DNA from: a virus
DNA: 64,000 nt
Direction: 5' to 3' (one strand)
IMG/VR virus record: IMGVR_UViG_3300033149_006612
Coordinates: 1 to 64,000 of that record
Positions 61,490-64,000 of this stretch are shown one piece after another. Below the pieces are notes generated by a model that was not told where the DNA came from, did not search any database, and was given only the letters and a program-made list of their open reading frames with translations. The translations under genes and the position numbers were made by a program. Position 1 is the first letter of the stretch, and each line of letters begins with the position of its first letter.

Positions 61490-62526
61490 TATGCGTCCAT
61501 CTCCATCCCGAATTCGGTATTAAGTAGATTGGCCAGCGTCCAACCTGCCCCGGTGGGGTCAAGTTCGAAGATGTGCTGTAGGTTGTTGTACTCGTCGCTG
61601 AACACCGGCAGTTGGTCGCTTAAATCGTCCGTAGCGGCCCTCCTCTGAAGTGCTTTTAGATACCTATGACCGCCGCTGTCCTTCTTCGACATCAGGTTGA
61701 CAGCCGCGGCGAACACCGTACCGCCGGTCGGCGTCGGACTGTCAAAGGTGTAGGAGTCCAGCTGCCCGGCCGTGGCGCTATATACATAGCTGGTATCGTC
61801 GTCCGGAGGATTTTCATCTACCATCTCATAGTTATTCGATCCTCCGGATCGACTCCACTGACTGTAATTCCCGGCCCCGTTCGGTAGCAGGCCCTCCACC
61901 CGGACGTCGGCCAACCGGGTAACATTCCCAACAGCGTCGTTCGGGTCCATGATGTAGACATCGTCCACCCACTGCTTATCCAAATTCGTAGTGAGCGCAG
62001 ACCACCTGTCGGAGAAGGCTAAAACGCAGATATTCGAACTATCGGATCCACCCTTGGTATCCTGCCCGGTCAGGTTCAAGACCTGTACGTCGTCCACCCA
62101 GACGATGGAGGTACCGACCGTATTATCAACCTTAATCCGCCATTCAATATAGCACCAACCACCGGCTTTACAGATCGGGGTCCCGGTTCCTCCGATCTTG
62201 GTACCGGGCGATCCACCATAAGCGTTAATGTGCATGGCCGGAGTAATTTTCAGTGAGGCGTGGAAATCAAACGACCCCCAGACCTGACAGATGGTCTGTT
62301 CCAACATCGGTGCCTGATCAATCTTCCAGGCAAATCCGATGATCAGATCGTTACTGTCCTCGATCCTCATCTCCCAGTAGTCACGCGGCGTGTCCCAACT
62401 GACCGCTCCTCCCCCCCATCTGCCCTCACCGTTGATCACGGGAGGACCGCTGAGACTATAATAGTCATCCAGTTTATCCAGGATGACCGTGTAATGATCG
62501 AATCCGTCTACCCTAATCAGGCTCAC
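61489..62526 (-). CDS. Virion protein, paralogue 1 of a tandem triplet
   Basis: DGFDHY, WCYIE, DDVYI, NY..VDE, DP....WT....N.EFG. Confidence 0.65.
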   Translation of the reverse strand: MSLIRVDGFDHYTVILDKLDDYYSLSGPPVINGEGRWGGGAVSWDTPRDYWEMRIEDSNDLIIGFAWKIDQAPMLEQTICQVWGSFDFHASLKITPAMHINAYGGSPGTKIGGTGTPICKAGGWCYIEWRIKVDNTVGTSIVWVDDVQVLNLTGQDTKGGSDSSNICVLAFSDRWSALTTNLDKQWVDDVYIMDPNDAVGNVTRLADVRVEGLLPNGAGNYSQWSRSGGSNNYEMVDENPPDDDTSYVYSATAGQLDSYTFDSPTPTGGTVFAAAVNLMSKKDSGGHRYLKALQRRAATDDLSDQLPVFSDEYNNLQHIFELDPTGAGWTLANLLNTEFGMEMDA

Positions 62527-63290
62527 AGCTCAATCCTTACTCCCTTGCTCTCTTCCACCATGGTGATGTCGGCGCTGAACCGACACGGCGCTATCGATCT
62601 GACGTTCCAATCGGGATTCTTCCTACCGTAGATCAGGAAAGGTCGCGCCAGAATCGGTACGAAGAGAAACGGCCTACCGTCCCCCCTGACGGCATCATGC
62701 ATGTTGAATACGTCGTCCCGCTCCGATTCGGTCAACGGTTCAAACCGATACGATCTACTCTCCAGGTTATACATGTCATAGGTGTGTCTCACCCCGCGCT
62801 GCGTCTGATGCCTGACCTTGACCTCCTCCATCGCTTCGCCATGACCGATCTCGAACATCACCGGCAATTCGACCATCAGGCCGATGATCAGTTCCCCGAT
62901 CTCGGTATTTTCACTGTTCGCGTCCGTAATCTGGATGTATATGTCCCTCGATTGCTCCGGCGTGTCCAACCTCCAGTACATGTCCTTCAACCGATAAGTC
63001 GGGCTTCCACCGACCGGAACCGGAGACCCGGTTCCGGCAATGTCGGCCAGCACCACGATCGACACCGAAGGATGGAAGTTATGACCGATGAAAGCTATGG
63101 TGTCCCACGTCTTAACCTCCCCCATATCGATGTTGATATTTCCCCCGGTGGTCACGGTAAACCTGAACGGTTTCGCCGGATTCCTGTTATAGAGGTTCTC
63201 CTTAGGATAACCGGCGTCCTCGGTGGAAACCGATACCGTGGAATCCTCCAGGTAATTCGTCACTACATAACCGGGGTATTTACTGCCCAT
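62523..63290 (-). CDS. Distal-tail-like protein
   Basis: YP..NL, GHN, IG.L..G, G...PF.F.P; directly after the tape measure gene. Confidence 0.6.
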   Translation of the reverse strand: MGSKYPGYVVTNYLEDSTVSVSTEDAGYPKENLYNRNPAKPFRFTVTTGGNINIDMGEVKTWDTIAFIGHNFHPSVSIVVLADIAGTGSPVPVGGSPTYRLKDMYWRLDTPEQSRDIYIQITDANSENTEIGELIIGLMVELPVMFEIGHGEAMEEVKVRHQTQRGVRHTYDMYNLESRSYRFEPLTESERDDVFNMHDAVRGDGRPFLFVPILARPFLIYGRKNPDWNVRSIAPCRFSADITMVEESKGVRIEL

Positions 63291-64000
63291 TTAAGGTCCC
63301 CTGTATCCTTCTAATGCGTTCGGCCGTCCGTTCCGCAATCTGAGCGGCGTTCCGCTCCATTAACTCGTTAATCCTCATAGCCAACGCTTCATCATCCTGC
63401 ACATCACCTTCTACCGTGATGGGAGAATTTACATTTACACTGACGTTAACCGACCGGCCCCCGGCAGGCATCCTGCTGACCGGTTCCCCGCCACGCCTGG
63501 CATTAAAGACGTCGGCGAACGACTGCTGCAGCCGGGACATGGCCGCCGATTGCCTCCTGTTTATTATCTCCTCACCGGCGTGTACAAAAGCCAGGCCGGA
63601 TCTCTCAACGAATCCCCCGATTTGACCACCGGGCGGTCTTATTCCGGGTGGAGACCCGATCTGCGCATACCGTGCATCAACATCACCGAACGGGATACCG
63701 GTTATGCTGTTTATCGCGTCCACCGCGCTACCGGTGTCATCCCTGATGTCGGCCAGATCGGAATTGATTGAGGCTGCCGTGTCCGACGACGCCGCTTTAA
63801 CATTCGCCAAAGCGTCGATCAATCGTTCAATCGCCACCTCAAACCGTTTCGTCATATCCTCGATGGCCGATGCCAGGGTATCCTGCAGCCCCTCTACCTC
63901 GCCCATCACATCCTGCACGACTGCCTGTGCCTTTTCATTGTCGGCAATGAATTCGGCCAACGACAGCCCGGCCGCCTGTGCCTCCTGAACGATCCGGGTA
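63280..64000 (-). CDS. C-terminal part of the tape measure protein (5' end outside the window)
   Basis: Ala-rich helical sequence; GG.V..SGLA.VH.GE.I motif typical of tape-measure C-termini. Confidence 0.75.
   Translation of the reverse strand, partial: TRIVQEAQAAGLSLAEFIADNEKAQAVVQDVMGEVEGLQDTLASAIEDMTKRFEVAIERLIDALANVKAASSDTAASINSDLADIRDDTGSAVDAINSITGIPFGDVDARYAQIGSPPGIRPPGGQIGGFVERSGLAFVHAGEEIINRRQSAAMSRLQQSFADVFNARRGGEPVSRMPAGGRSVNVSVNVNSPITVEGDVQDDEALAMRINELMERNAAQIAERTAERIRRIQGTLNGQ

Noticed and set aside
50423-62526. Diversity-generating retroelement or invertible tail-fibre system
   Set aside because: No reverse transcriptase, invertase, template/variable repeat pair or flanking inverted repeats were noticed in this window.

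Overview
This window is part of a large tailed-phage genome (Caudoviricetes); no integrase, tRNA or CRISPR array was seen. The minus strand at 1-26.8 kb carries the head and packaging genes (major capsid, protease/scaffold, intein-containing MuF, portal, TerL, TerS), many small accessory genes and an SbcCD-like pair. The plus strand at 27-39.4 kb is a replication and nucleotide-metabolism block: RecA, resolvase, sigma-like factor, UDG-fused PolA, SSB, PurZ, dATP/dGTP diphosphohydrolase, dUTPase, DnaB and primase. Back-to-back sigma70 promoters at about 41.9 kb drive an early region. Lysis and tail genes occupy the minus strand at 48-64 kb. The most striking finding is an early operon in which four hammerhead ribozymes (one type III, three pseudoknotted type II with covarying stems) separate consecutive small genes, so the mRNA should cut itself into single-gene units that might circularise. 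Other highlights are a PurZ (2-aminoadenine genome) module beside a PolA with an unusual O-helix, a LAGLIDADG ORF encoded antisense inside the MuF intein, a membrane-anchored Acb2/Tad1-like sponge, repeated phage-specific promoter motifs and candidate structured ncRNAs. All calls come from motif recognition and hand pairing; no searches or folding programs were run.
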